Numbered from the stretch's first letter, positions 19,434 to 29,870 are shown. The stretch is DNA of 64,000 bases from an uncultured Gammaproteobacteria bacterium (GCA_964418775.1 CAYQNA010000001.1:64446-128445); one strand, 5' to 3'. Numbers and translations: made by a program. Notes: generated by a model not told the origin, from the sequence alone.

Positions 19434-19482
19434 ATGCGCGAGTATAGCATGCAGTCATTTTTTTTGGTATACTGCAAAAACT

Positions 19483-21363
19483 ATGCGTTACTTTTCTATT
19501 TCCAAAATTGCACGCTTAGCGGCTGTATTTGTAACTCTTTTATCTTTAGCTGTTCCGAATTTTGCCCTGGCCGCTGCTCCAGTGGTAACCATTAGTGACC
19601 CGCGGTATGCGGCGGTCATGACTGCCCAGTCGCTCAAAGACCCGGTCAGTGTTAAGGCTGGTCAGGCTGTGTCAGTGACGTTTTCGTTCAAAAATACCGG
19701 TACCGTGACTTGGGACAATACTGGTAAAAATTACTTGTCTGCATACACCATGGAACCACGCGATCGGGCCTCGGTTTTCAAAGGCACTGGTTGGGTTAGT
19801 GCTAAACAAACTGGCAAAATGACGGGCACGATTAAGCCTGGTCAGACAGGCAAGCTAACGGTTTCGTTTAAAGCCCCAACCAAGGCAGGCGCGTACACGG
19901 AAAAATTTTATTTGGCCGCAGAAAACAAAACTTGGGTAAAAGGAGGTTATTTTTACATTAAGTTCAATGTTACTGGTACTGCGACCACTAAGCCAAGTAC
20001 AGATTTAGAAGAAGCTGTACCAGGCAGCGAAGATGAACAAGTGGCGGCGATTAGCGCAAACCGATTTTTCCTTGGTCAGCGTACACTCAGCGGCCAGGGC
20101 GGCACGCCGATCTCGTTCATGGTTGGGTACCAAAATACGGGTAGTTCGGCTTGGAACAATTATCGCTTTGTCCTCGCGAGCGCGACTGGTACAAACCAGA
20201 GTGCTTTTGCCGATAGTAGCTGGGCAGATGGGCAAACAGCCGTAAATCGGACAATGCCAATCGCTGCCAATGGGTATTTGCGCGATACTTTGACCTTGCG
20301 CTTGCCGCAACAGACTGGTACATACACAGCCGCCATTGACCTGCTGGTAAATGGTCAGCGTGTACCAGGGGCTACTATTTTCTTGCCAGTAACCGTCACT
20401 TCGGATGCACCTCCAGGCTACACTGTTCCCAGCTTTGGCAGTGCAATTGATACTTTAGCTAACCAAATTCCACGCTTGACCGAAGAGCCAACCATCCGTG
20501 TTGGTTTGTGGAAGCCAGATGGCGACGTGTACTTTGTTTCTAATGATGACGATTATCAGATTTACCAAGGCACCACGCTGGTCAGTACCACTTTGCCACG
20601 AGGGTACAGCGCTTTGCTTGCGTTTGATGGCTCTACATATAGTCTTAAATCCGGCGACATTACTATTGCCGGACCGGATTATATTCGGTTAGTGCCAGTC
20701 ACAAACCTTCATGCTGTATTTACATTAACTAATTTCGACCGTCCAATTGCCGGGCGCACAGGTGTGAACTTTAATAAATACCGGGGTGCAATGGAATTGC
20801 GACAAGCACGCGACGCCGAGAAAAATCTCTATGTCATTAACGAGTTACTCATGGAAGACTATGTTAATGGAATTGGCGAAAATGCGAATGGCTCACCAAT
20901 TGAATATCTTAAGGCCCAAGCCGTGGCCCAACGCACCTATGCCTATTACACCATGGAGTACACGGCCAAGTATAAGACGCGTTATTTTGATGTGGTTGCG
21001 CACACAGGGGACCAGCTATATTTGGGCTATAACAGCGAGCAACGTATGACTAATTTTGTGAGTGCAGCCCAAGCTACGCGTGGGTACATGGTTACATACA
21101 ATAGCGAGATTGTAATCACGCCATACTTTGGCAACGCTGATACGCGCACTCGCTCGTGGACCGAGGTCTGGGGTGGTAAAGCCAAACCATGGCTTGTGCC
21201 GGTAGCCACAACTTACGATGCTAAAGATGGCAAAAAATTGTACGGCCATGGTGTGGGCATGAGTCAACGTGACGCGGCCTATCGTGCCGATGAAACTGGT
21301 GCTGATTTTATGGCCTTGCTTAAGTACTACTATACAGGTGTGGACGTAAGTAAAATTTACTAA
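19483..21363 (+). CDS. SpoIID/LytB-domain protein with N-terminal Ig-like (NBR1-type) domains
   Basis: Signal peptide; FKNTG..TW Ig motif; INEL.MEDY..GI, LKAQAVAQRTYA, DQLYLG, GHGVGMSQ. Confidence 0.85.
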   Translation: MRYFSISKIARLAAVFVTLLSLAVPNFALAAAPVVTISDPRYAAVMTAQSLKDPVSVKAGQAVSVTFSFKNTGTVTWDNTGKNYLSAYTMEPRDRASVFKGTGWVSAKQTGKMTGTIKPGQTGKLTVSFKAPTKAGAYTEKFYLAAENKTWVKGGYFYIKFNVTGTATTKPSTDLEEAVPGSEDEQVAAISANRFFLGQRTLSGQGGTPISFMVGYQNTGSSAWNNYRFVLASATGTNQSAFADSSWADGQTAVNRTMPIAANGYLRDTLTLRLPQQTGTYTAAIDLLVNGQRVPGATIFLPVTVTSDAPPGYTVPSFGSAIDTLANQIPRLTEEPTIRVGLWKPDGDVYFVSNDDDYQIYQGTTLVSTTLPRGYSALLAFDGSTYSLKSGDITIAGPDYIRLVPVTNLHAVFTLTNFDRPIAGRTGVNFNKYRGAMELRQARDAEKNLYVINELLMEDYVNGIGENANGSPIEYLKAQAVAQRTYAYYTMEYTAKYKTRYFDVVAHTGDQLYLGYNSEQRMTNFVSAAQATRGYMVTYNSEIVITPYFGNADTRTRSWTEVWGGKAKPWLVPVATTYDAKDGKKLYGHGVGMSQRDAAYRADETGADFMALLKYYYTGVDVSKIY

Positions 21364-21373
21364 GAGATTCCAC

Positions 21374-21403
21374 AAAAAAGACGGCCTACGAGGCCGTCTT
21401 TTT
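21374..21403. terminator. Bidirectional intrinsic terminator
   Basis: AAAAAAGACGGCCT/AGGCCGTCTTTTT between convergent genes. Confidence 0.8.
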
Positions 21404-21416
21404 ATTTGTATGTAGA

Positions 21417-22493
21417 TTATTCAGTTGGAGGAGCTTCTTCGCCCTCAGCTGGAACGTCGAGTTCTTCTGGGGGCGCAGTTTCGCCACGTTCCACTGCTTC
21501 CCAAACTTTTTCATTGATTGAAGCAATGAGTTTAGGGTTTTCACGGAGGAACTGCTTGGCTTTTTCACGACCAACACCAAGTTTTTCTTCGCCAAACGTA
21601 AAGCTGTTACCAGATTTGGTTACCACGCGGTGGAGAACACCTGTGTCGAGTGCATCACCCGAAATGGAAATACCCTCGTTGTACATGATGTCGAATTCAG
21701 TCGTGCGGAATGGGGCCGCGACTTTATTCTTAACGACTTTAATTTTTACGCGGTTACCAATGACTTTCTCACCCTGCTTAATTTGGGCTGCACGACGAAT
21801 TTCAATACGGACCGAAGCGTAGAATTTAAGCGCATTGCCACCAGTGGTTGTTTCTGGATTGCCAAAGAACACACCAATTTTTTGGCGGATTTGGTTAATG
21901 AAAATAACCACCGTGTTGCTTTTGCTAATGATGCCGGTAAGTTTGCGCAGCGCCTGACTCATCAAACGAGCTTGCAAACCCATGTGCGAGTCACCCATTT
22001 CACCTTCGATTTCGGCTTTTGGCACCAGTGCCGCGACTGAGTCGACCACGACGACGTCCACGGCATTCGAGCGCACGAGTGTTTCTACAATGTCGAGCGC
22101 CTGTTCACCAGTGTCTGGCTGCGAAATAAGCAAATTGTCCACATCTACGCCAATTTTGCGCGCATAGTCTGGGTCGAGTGCGTGTTCCGCATCCACAAAC
22201 GCGGCCATGCCGCCTTTTTTCTGTACCTCGGCAATAATATGCTGAGCCAAAGTCGTTTTACCACTGGCTTCTGGTCCAAAAATTTCAATTATGCGACCAC
22301 GTGGTACACCACCTACGCCGAGTGCAATGTCGAGTGATAATGAGCCAGTCGAGACCGCATCCACCTGACTGCGTTTAGCCTCGCCAAAACGCATAATTGC
22401 ATTTTCACCAAATTTTTCTTTAATCAGCTCAATTGCGCTAGCCGCAGCCTTGAGCTTGGCTTGTTGTTCGTCAGAAGGTTTATTTTTTGCCAT
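21417..22493 (-). CDS. recA: Recombinase A
   Basis: [38 protein letters not shown]. Confidence 0.98.
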   Translation of the reverse strand: MAKNKPSDEQQAKLKAAASAIELIKEKFGENAIMRFGEAKRSQVDAVSTGSLSLDIALGVGGVPRGRIIEIFGPEASGKTTLAQHIIAEVQKKGGMAAFVDAEHALDPDYARKIGVDVDNLLISQPDTGEQALDIVETLVRSNAVDVVVVDSVAALVPKAEIEGEMGDSHMGLQARLMSQALRKLTGIISKSNTVVIFINQIRQKIGVFFGNPETTTGGNALKFYASVRIEIRRAAQIKQGEKVIGNRVKIKVVKNKVAAPFRTTEFDIMYNEGISISGDALDTGVLHRVVTKSGNSFTFGEEKLGVGREKAKQFLRENPKLIASINEKVWEAVERGETAPPEELDVPAEGEEAPPTE

Positions 22494-22562
22494 ACGAAGA
22501 AATTAAAAAACAAGTACCACGCTCTAAGTATGATACTTGTTTGAAGTGGTGCCGTCAAACGT

Positions 22563-23255
22563 CTAGCTGCCGCTGGCAAGGACTTCGGCTCGACCCACCT
22601 GCGGTGCCTCGCGATAAATGATGTGGCGCGTGGTTTGGGTGGTTTTACCGTGTTTTTTTTCGGCCGTCACCACCACTGTATTGATTCCCGGCTGGAGTAT
22701 GAGAGGTTGGTTAAATCGACCCTGTTCGTCACTCATGACTGATTGGCCGTTGATAGCGATTTTAACCTCCGGTTCAGTGAGGCCGCTCACGTTAACTTCG
22801 TGTGTGCTTGAAATTAAGCCTTCATTGGGGCCGACCAGGGTGAGCTCTGGTGGGCGTACTGTTTGCCTGACTTGCAGCCCAAGATAACTTAGACAAATAA
22901 TCGCAATTACGCCGGTTGTGCTCCAGCGGAATAGACTTGGTAAATTGGATAAATGCCAACGGCCAAAGCCTTTTGGTTCGGCTACAGGCGTGCTTTCGGT
23001 CAAACAGGTTTCGGCCAAAAGTGGCTCTGGGTCCAAACCAAGGGCTTGGGCGTATTTTTTTACAAATTGACGGCGGTACAGGGTGGAGACACCCACACAA
23101 TTACCGGCTTCGAGTGCAGCTAGGTGCTCTTTCATGAGTTTGGTTTTGGCGCTGACAATTTCCAGAGTCCAGCCTTTGGCTTGGCGCGCTTCGCGTAACC
23201 GAACACCAACCGGGATTACCTGGGTTTCAAGAGTTTTTTTAATAAATTCGGCCAT
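22563..23255 (-). CDS. RodZ-like HTH membrane protein with C-terminal Ig-like domain
   Basis: G.RLREAR...G.TLE.VS..TK HTH_25, single TM, LQPGINT Ig-like end; follows ftsK. Confidence 0.75.
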   Translation of the reverse strand: MAEFIKKTLETQVIPVGVRLREARQAKGWTLEIVSAKTKLMKEHLAALEAGNCVGVSTLYRRQFVKKYAQALGLDPEPLLAETCLTESTPVAEPKGFGRWHLSNLPSLFRWSTTGVIAIICLSYLGLQVRQTVRPPELTLVGPNEGLISSTHEVNVSGLTEPEVKIAINGQSVMSDEQGRFNQPLILQPGINTVVVTAEKKHGKTTQTTRHIIYREAPQVGRAEVLASGS

Positions 23256-23257
23256 AA

Positions 23258-25633
23258 TTAGAATGGCAGGGCTTTGCCTTTAGCGTCTTCCTCTTCTTCG
23301 TCTTCTAATTCCTCATCCTCGGCATCTTCGTCGTCTAGTTCGGCTTCTTTCTCATCTTCGGCCTCGGTTTCGGGCGCGCTAAAAACGTTCAGCTCCTGAC
23401 CTGTATTCATTGTACCAGATTCGCCTTCGTCTGTCACAAATACCTCGCGTGGTTTGGCACCATCAGCCGGTCCAACAATACCAGCTTGCTCTAATTCATC
23501 GAGCAAGCGGGCCGCGCGTGCGTAGCCCACCTTCATGCGGCGTTGCAACAGCGAGGCGCTAGCTTTACCAGCCTGGATAACAAAACGTTTGGCATCTTCA
23601 AACAATGCATCTTGCTCGTCAGTTGGGCCGCCGAACATACTACCTGTCGCACTGCCAGTTTGTGAACCAACAATTGATTCATCGTACTCTGGCTCTTCGT
23701 CACCTTTAAGGTAATCAACCACACGCTTCATTTCTTCTTCAGAAATAAATGCACCTTGAATGCGCACTGGGCGCGACAATTCCGCACATGAATACAACAT
23801 GTCACCACGGCCTAATAGTTTTTCCGCACCAGGCGAATCTAAAATCGTGCGTGAGTCAATCACCGACGCAACCGAGAACGCAATGCGGCCTGGAATATTG
23901 GCCTTCATTAAACCAGTAATTACGTCAACACTTGGACGTTGTGTGGCGACAATCAAATGAATACCGACCGCACGAGCCATTTGCGCTAAACGAATAATGC
24001 CAGATTCAATTTCATTTGCAGCTGCGGCCATTAAGTCGGCCAATTCATCAATTACAAAAACAATGTAAGGAATTTTCGCTTCAGGATGTTTTTGATTGTA
24101 TGAACCAATGTCGCGACTACCAACTGAAGCCAGCAACTCAAACCGACGTTCCATTTCACCAATTGTCCACTTGAGCGCGTTTACGGTTTTTTGCACATTT
24201 GTAATTACGGGCGTCAGCAAATGTGGAATGCCATTATATAGCGTTAATTCAACGCGTTTTGGATCCACCATAATTAAGCGCAATGTTTCAGCCGTGTTTT
24301 GGTACAACAAGCCCATGATAATTGTGTTCATGCACACGGTTTTACCCGAACCAGTCGCACCAGCCACGAGCAAGTGGGGGAGGCGGGGTAAATCACCAAA
24401 CCATACTTTGCCCGCCACGTCTTTTCCGAGCAACAACTTGATATTGTGGTTGCGTTGACGGAAATCTTTGTCTTCGAGCAATTCTTTGAAGCTGACGAGC
24501 GCGGTTTTTTCATTTGGTACTTCTACACCCACCAGCGACTTGCCCGGAATTGGGGCTTCAATACGAATTGGATGTGCGGCAAGCGCGAGCGCTAAGTCAT
24601 TGCTTAGGCCGGTAATGCGCGACAATTTTACACCTGCGGCTGGTTTCATGGTGTATTGGGTCACAGTCGGTCCCACGCGCACTTCGCCCATGTCCACGTC
24701 AATGTTGAATTGTTCAAACGTATCTTTGATAATAGCGGCATTCGCATCAATATCACCGCTCGTTGGTTTGCCACGTTTATCAGATAACAAATCAAGTGGT
24801 GGCAAATTTTTGATCACCACTTTTTTGGACCACACATCATTGGCCGCTGGTTCTTCTGTTTCCTCATCCTCGTCTTCTTCCTCATCACCGTTTCGCACTA
24901 CCAATGCTTTTTTCTGGAATTGTGGTGCACCGGTTGTTTCCTCGGTTTCCTCGTCTTCCTCAGACTCCTCGTCTTCTTCACTTTCTTCCTCTTCTTCTGG
25001 TTCTTCCTCATCGTACTCTTCGTCATCATTAGCTACACGTACGCGCGCCATTTGTTTTTGTTCACTTGGCACAAAAATTCGGTGTACACCGCGGGCAATA
25101 GCCTGACCAAGGCCCACAAAAATCGATAACACCGCGCGATACATGTCCAAAAAACTGCCGATGAAGGGCTGAAACACGAGTAACACGCCCACCAGTGCCA
25201 AAGCAATCAATACAATCCACGCTGCAATCATGCCAAAGTATGTTTGCAACAACCAGGCTGCCATACCAAGCACGCCACCACCTTGGCCAGCGAGTGCTGC
25301 GTCCCACATTGCATCAGGTGCAAATTGCAAATGAAACAAACTGCAAACCGAAATAAAAAATAACAATCCGCCGAGCGCATGGGTCGGGTGATATCGGTAA
25401 TCTTTGCCAAGCACCATGAACCACGTAATGAGCAAGATTGCGGGTGGCACAGCATAACGCATGCCGCCAAACAGTGCGCTCAGTACATAATCATTCAGCA
25501 TAATGCCCACCACGCCTGCTTTGCCAAAAAAACTAAGCGTAATAATAATTGCAGCCAAAGCAAGTATAACCACAATAATCCCACGCGAGAGCGTAGGGTT
25601 AAGCATGGAATCAGACTGCCGCCGTCGTGGCAT
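23258..25633 (-). CDS. ftsK: DNA translocase FtsK
   Basis: N-terminal TM domain, acidic linker, PHLLVAGATGSGKT, DPKRVEL, DELADLM, gamma domain VGYARAARL. Confidence 0.97.
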   Translation of the reverse strand: MPRRRQSDSMLNPTLSRGIIVVILALAAIIITLSFFGKAGVVGIMLNDYVLSALFGGMRYAVPPAILLITWFMVLGKDYRYHPTHALGGLLFFISVCSLFHLQFAPDAMWDAALAGQGGGVLGMAAWLLQTYFGMIAAWIVLIALALVGVLLVFQPFIGSFLDMYRAVLSIFVGLGQAIARGVHRIFVPSEQKQMARVRVANDDEEYDEEEPEEEEESEEDEESEEDEETEETTGAPQFQKKALVVRNGDEEEDEDEETEEPAANDVWSKKVVIKNLPPLDLLSDKRGKPTSGDIDANAAIIKDTFEQFNIDVDMGEVRVGPTVTQYTMKPAAGVKLSRITGLSNDLALALAAHPIRIEAPIPGKSLVGVEVPNEKTALVSFKELLEDKDFRQRNHNIKLLLGKDVAGKVWFGDLPRLPHLLVAGATGSGKTVCMNTIIMGLLYQNTAETLRLIMVDPKRVELTLYNGIPHLLTPVITNVQKTVNALKWTIGEMERRFELLASVGSRDIGSYNQKHPEAKIPYIVFVIDELADLMAAAANEIESGIIRLAQMARAVGIHLIVATQRPSVDVITGLMKANIPGRIAFSVASVIDSRTILDSPGAEKLLGRGDMLYSCAELSRPVRIQGAFISEEEMKRVVDYLKGDEEPEYDESIVGSQTGSATGSMFGGPTDEQDALFEDAKRFVIQAGKASASLLQRRMKVGYARAARLLDELEQAGIVGPADGAKPREVFVTDEGESGTMNTGQELNVFSAPETEAEDEKEAELDDEDAEDEELEDEEEEDAKGKALPF

Positions 25634-25697
25634 AGAAGGTTAAAGACTGACCAGAATTATAACACAAAATTTGTGAGGTGAGTAGTTTGGCGATGGC

Positions 25698-25726
25698 TTG
25701 ACAAACAAGTGTGTTTAATTTACGAT
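25698..25726 (+). promoter_or_regulatory. Sigma70-type promoter
   Basis: TTGACA-17 bp-TACGAT. Confidence 0.65.
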
Positions 25727-25776
25727 TATCCGCCGTGCGTTCACATTCACGGTATAGGTACAGGAGAAACGGAGCA

Positions 25777-26385
25777 ATGGATATCGCAAGCACAGAAAAG
25801 GGCCGAGCAGCGGCGAGCAAAATCCAGCAACAACGGATGGAGCACGCAAAGAGGGTGCGTCAGCTCCTGGCTGGGCATTTCAGACATAGCTCTTTCACGT
25901 ACCACGAGGCCCACCGACATGTGTTGGGTCAGGGTATGAAAATCTCGTCTGGAAGTTTTCAGGCAATGTGGACTGATTTCAAAAATCTGTCTGTCCTTAC
26001 CGGCCGAGGTTGCGGGCCGGGTCAATGGCGTTTCGATCCGGACGTGTACTTTGACCGGTACCGGCAGTCGATCGACTGTCCGGCACTGTCTGAGTCTGCG
26101 CCAGAATCGGTAGTGGATCCACCATCTTTACCACGTCGACCAGAGAGTCTCCACGAGCTACGCAAGCACTTGCCTGCGCTGTTGGATATTTTGCCCACCG
26201 GTCTGGTCATCAAGAGCTTACGTAAAGTCAGAGGCTCAGATAAAGCCGAGACAGGGCAAATCAAACGACTCCGGCGAATTCTAGAATTACGGATGTCTGG
26301 CTTGAGCGATTCGGAAAAGGAAGAACTTCTTACCGAGCTGCTCGTCAGGATAGCTGACCGTATCCCACCACATTCGGCTGATTGA
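25777..26385 (+). CDS. Hypothetical basic protein
   Basis: ATG at 25777 with AGGAG upstream, its own promoter and terminator; no recognised motif. Confidence 0.6.
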   Translation: MDIASTEKGRAAASKIQQQRMEHAKRVRQLLAGHFRHSSFTYHEAHRHVLGQGMKISSGSFQAMWTDFKNLSVLTGRGCGPGQWRFDPDVYFDRYRQSIDCPALSESAPESVVDPPSLPRRPESLHELRKHLPALLDILPTGLVIKSLRKVRGSDKAETGQIKRLRRILELRMSGLSDSEKEELLTELLVRIADRIPPHSAD

Positions 26386-26404
26386 AATCCAATCGGCCAA
26401 TCCC

Positions 26405-26432
26405 AAAAACACACCACTAATGGTGTGTTTTT
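26405..26432. terminator. Intrinsic terminator
   Basis: AAAAACACACCA/TGGTGTGTTTTT. Confidence 0.7.
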
Positions 26433-26580
26433 AATTTGCATAATTTTAATTATATAAATTTTTTATAATTAAAAATATCCGGACCACTTTGAATTTCTGA
26501 AGCTTTTTGATTCCGTCGTGTCAACTGAGTCATGAGGCGGCAAGATTTAGGGAAAAAACTTCTCGCGCAGTAGACTGATT

Positions 26581-27681
26581 TTATGGATACGACTTAATGT
26601 TTTTTAGTCTTGGATACGGAATAACGTCTTTTATATCGTCTCTGCATAGCAGCCACGTAATATATCTTTCTATTCCCATGCCAAATCCTGCGGTGGAAGA
26701 ATACTGTGGCATGTCGCGTAAGTTTATATACCAATAGTATGGATCCGGTGGTATGTTTTGTCGCTTTAATGATTCGTAACATTCAACTGCTCTATCTTGC
26801 CTTTGACCACAACCAACTACTTCACCTCCAAATGAAAACTCTGTTAATGGGGGAAATATTAAATCAGCATTTAATACTTGGTCAGTATTTTTAGGATCTG
26901 GTTTTTGATAGAAAGGGACTCTGTCTCTGTCAAAATTAGTAATCCAAAAAGGTTCATTTGGAGAAAATATCTTTGATAACTCAATTTCTCCGATACTAGA
27001 AATATCTCTTCCATGATCTGTGTAATTTATATATTTTGTATAGCCATGCTCTTCAAGAATTTTTATTGCAGAATTAAAATCTATTTTTTTAAAAGATTTT
27101 AGGGATGCCAGTATTTTCATTGCCTGTTTAGAATGTTCAGGCGAACCACTTAAGCAATGTATTAAAAATGGTATATCTAGCATTGTTTGAGTGATATATT
27201 TTATATATTTTTCAACCAATTGCATGATGTCCGTCAAATTACCCCGCATTTCTGCCTCGCAGTGGAAAAATTGATTAAGGTGTCGTTTGTCAGGTTTCTC
27301 CCCTCGCATCGATGGTAAATAACAGTAGAGCAAATTAAAATTATTCATGAGAATTGGCTCAAAACCAAACTGTGATGAATCTACTAGAAATGTATCTAGG
27401 TTTCCAAACTGTATAGCGACAGCTTCACTGTCTGATCCTGGACCCATAGGACTGGATACAGAAGGAGTAAGCATAAACAAATCAACATTTATTCCATTCT
27501 GTTGGACAGAAAAAAAATCATCAGAGGCAAGTTTTAATACATGACGTAAATATAATATTGCATTCCAATATTTGTCTGTCGCTAGATCTTCGGTGTGACT
27601 TTTTGGATCGTATTTTGGCGGTTCCGTACCCCCTGCTTTTTCAAATAATTTGTTAATTTTTCTAAGCAAATCTTGGTTCAT
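26581..27681 (-). CDS. AsnRS-like catalytic-core protein (archaeal asparagine synthetase A-like; no anticodon-binding domain)
   Basis: SSPMGPGSDS, LVDSSQF, motif 2 SMRGEKPDKRHLNQF.H.EAE, GEVVGCGQR, motif 3 AGFGMGIER. Confidence 0.85.
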   Translation of the reverse strand: MNQDLLRKINKLFEKAGGTEPPKYDPKSHTEDLATDKYWNAILYLRHVLKLASDDFFSVQQNGINVDLFMLTPSVSSPMGPGSDSEAVAIQFGNLDTFLVDSSQFGFEPILMNNFNLLYCYLPSMRGEKPDKRHLNQFFHCEAEMRGNLTDIMQLVEKYIKYITQTMLDIPFLIHCLSGSPEHSKQAMKILASLKSFKKIDFNSAIKILEEHGYTKYINYTDHGRDISSIGEIELSKIFSPNEPFWITNFDRDRVPFYQKPDPKNTDQVLNADLIFPPLTEFSFGGEVVGCGQRQDRAVECYESLKRQNIPPDPYYWYINLRDMPQYSSTAGFGMGIERYITWLLCRDDIKDVIPYPRLKNIKSYP

Positions 27682-27688
27682 AAAATAA

Positions 27689-28675
27689 CTAGTGTGTAGT
27701 AATTATTAAAGAAACTTTGTCATTAATTGCCGATATTCTTGCCGTGCCCCCTATGGGAAATGTGGCGATCGGCATGGTGTGTCCTAATGTCATATTGGCA
27801 ACAATCGGTACAGACGTAAGTTCCTTTTTTGCTGCAATAATTTTCTTTAAAAAATCGGGTGTAATTTTTGTGATTTTTTTAAAGCGACCTATTACAATAC
27901 CCTTAATACCATTGAAATTGGGTAATTGAATAATTGATTGCAATAAGCGGTCAAAAATCATTGGGTTTATTTCCTCGTCCTCTTCTAAGAGTAATATTGA
28001 ATTTTCAAGTGATGGGAAATATTGTGTTCCTTGTAAGGAAGCAAAACAGCGCATATGTCCACCAATCAATGTTCCGGTTGCTTCGCCAGCTTTAATAATA
28101 TCAAAACCATTTGATTGGATGAATTCCCTTTTTTCTTGATCCAAGTACCAATCATCATCGCTCCAAAATTCGGAAGGGTTGATTTGATATTGGCCATCCT
28201 GCATACAACATTTCTCAAAGTATTCTTTGCTATAATCAAACCCTTTTTTTATGGCCCATGAAGAAAAATGTGGGCCATTACACCCCACCAATCCTGTTTT
28301 TGCATAAATTGCATTAGTTAGAACCGTTATATCTGAATAACCGCAAAGATATTTTGGATTTGATTTAATTAAATCATAATCAAGATAATCTAATAGTTGG
28401 TTTGAGTTATATCCGCCTATAGTCGTGAGTATTCCATCGACAGATGGATCTGAAAATGCATCATGCAAATCTTGCACCCTTGATTCAACTGATGAAGAAA
28501 AGAATTCATTAAATTCATTCACGTTTTTTCCAAAACTTACCCTAAACCCCGCATTTGCAAGTGCCTTTTCGGCTAATTTTACGGTGTCATTTGAAAGTAT
28601 TTTCATACTTCTAGAAGGAGCGATAACTCTAATATGCGAACCCTTTTTTAATTTTTTAGGTAGGATTGTTTCCAT
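27689..28675 (-). CDS. mccF: S66 peptidase, MccF (microcin C self-immunity)/LD-carboxypeptidase family
   Basis: IAPS, IGGYNSNQLL, catalytic GYSDIT, LLLEE and GHT.P; WSDDDW aromatic loop; likely ATG at 28675. Confidence 0.85.
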   Translation of the reverse strand: METILPKKLKKGSHIRVIAPSRSMKILSNDTVKLAEKALANAGFRVSFGKNVNEFNEFFSSSVESRVQDLHDAFSDPSVDGILTTIGGYNSNQLLDYLDYDLIKSNPKYLCGYSDITVLTNAIYAKTGLVGCNGPHFSSWAIKKGFDYSKEYFEKCCMQDGQYQINPSEFWSDDDWYLDQEKREFIQSNGFDIIKAGEATGTLIGGHMRCFASLQGTQYFPSLENSILLLEEDEEINPMIFDRLLQSIIQLPNFNGIKGIVIGRFKKITKITPDFLKKIIAAKKELTSVPIVANMTLGHTMPIATFPIGGTARISAINDKVSLIITTH

Positions 28676-28682
28676 ATATTTA

Positions 28683-29789
28683 TTAAATATTTTCTTTAAT
28701 TGCTGACAAGAGGAATCCTTCTTCAGGAGACAGCGCATCCTGTATAAGAATTTTTTTTTCAATTTCTGGAATATACGAACTAATAAATTCTGACCCCTGA
28801 TGATTAATCCCTCGGCACTCTTCAAATTCTCGCATCATCTTTATTGTTGCTTTGGTTGATATTTTGAATTTATTTTTAAAATAAATCATTGCTCTTAGGT
28901 AAGATCTCAGAATTCGTTCTCTATTTTTATTTGCAGACGGCCGTAATCCTTCTGAGAGTAACATGCTAGATGTAATAATTGTATCCTCAAATTTAAATTT
29001 TAGTGGATCGTTAATCTTTTGAATGCCCAAAACAGGATTTGCAGAATTCACATGGTCAAGTGAAAAAAAATGTTTAAGAATAGTTGACGTGCCTAGAGCG
29101 AGCTCAACACCTAATTGTTTTTCGTTGTTTTCTAAAACAATCAAGTTGCCTATATCATGAAGAACCCCTTCTTTTTTAATGGAATAATTAAAATTTCTAC
29201 CCCACACACCGTTAACACCAACTTTATGTCTGTAGTATTTTTCAGGCATGGTGGTATCATCAAAACTTATACCTAAATTGGTATAAGTTTTTGCAAGCCG
29301 ATACAAATCTTTATCAGTATTATTTACTCGCAAAACTAGATTTTCTTTTGGTATATTTATAACATTTAACAAATAATCTAATGATTGGTCGCATAATTCA
29401 GATATTTTCTCGGGTATAACCAAAACACCCAAACTTTTAAAATAAGAGCCCCATGCTGGCACAATTGAGTCATTAAATATTTTTTGTAAATTTTGAGTTC
29501 TTACGCATTGCTGCGACATGACCAATCCGTTTTTAGGTATTTTGTTTTCCAAAAAATACTTTTTCATTGGGCTAATGTGTGAGCCAACAAATCTTACCGT
29601 TGGATCTATGCCTGAAGTAATGGTAACTGAGGGTATCTCCTTATATCCTTTTTCAGAAAAAAAGTCTATAAACGCCCGTATCATTTTTTCCGTATATTCA
29701 TGCATTTCTTCGGGGGCTGGCTTATATTCGCCAAATCCATAATCGAAAAGTGATTTATTAAAGGCAGGCTTTTTTGTATTTTTAATCAT
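28683..29789 (-). CDS. Truncated alanyl-tRNA synthetase-like protein (aminoacylation domain only)
   Basis: FIDFF..KGY, DPTVRFVGS.I.PMKKYF, SQQCVRT, SYFKSLG, DIGNL, LLSEGLRPS...R.RILR align with the AlaRS N-terminus; no editing or C-Ala domains. Confidence 0.75.
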   Translation of the reverse strand: MIKNTKKPAFNKSLFDYGFGEYKPAPEEMHEYTEKMIRAFIDFFSEKGYKEIPSVTITSGIDPTVRFVGSHISPMKKYFLENKIPKNGLVMSQQCVRTQNLQKIFNDSIVPAWGSYFKSLGVLVIPEKISELCDQSLDYLLNVINIPKENLVLRVNNTDKDLYRLAKTYTNLGISFDDTTMPEKYYRHKVGVNGVWGRNFNYSIKKEGVLHDIGNLIVLENNEKQLGVELALGTSTILKHFFSLDHVNSANPVLGIQKINDPLKFKFEDTIITSSMLLSEGLRPSANKNRERILRSYLRAMIYFKNKFKISTKATIKMMREFEECRGINHQGSEFISSYIPEIEKKILIQDALSPEEGFLLSAIKENI

Positions 29790-29870
29790 ATTATAGTAGT
29801 ATGAAGTATAAAATACTACACTAACATTATGCCTATTCAGAATGAAAAATACAATATTAGTATTATTAAC

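Noticed and set aside
19162-19482. N-terminal extensions in the ORF track (SpoIID 19162, rpoB 36490, MccF 28825, 59367, 5026)
   Set aside because: They overlap neighbouring genes or promoters; downstream ATGs fit the -10 boxes and family N-termini
24850-25030. TCN/TCC-rich repetitive tract
   Set aside because: Encodes the Glu/Asp-rich FtsK linker; not a separate repeat element
29801-29824. Heptapeptide ORF MKYKILH in the island's divergent promoter region as a microcin C-like precursor
   Set aside because: No C-terminal Asn and no MccB/ThiF adenylyltransferase in the island; tiny ORFs are expected by chance in AT-rich DNA
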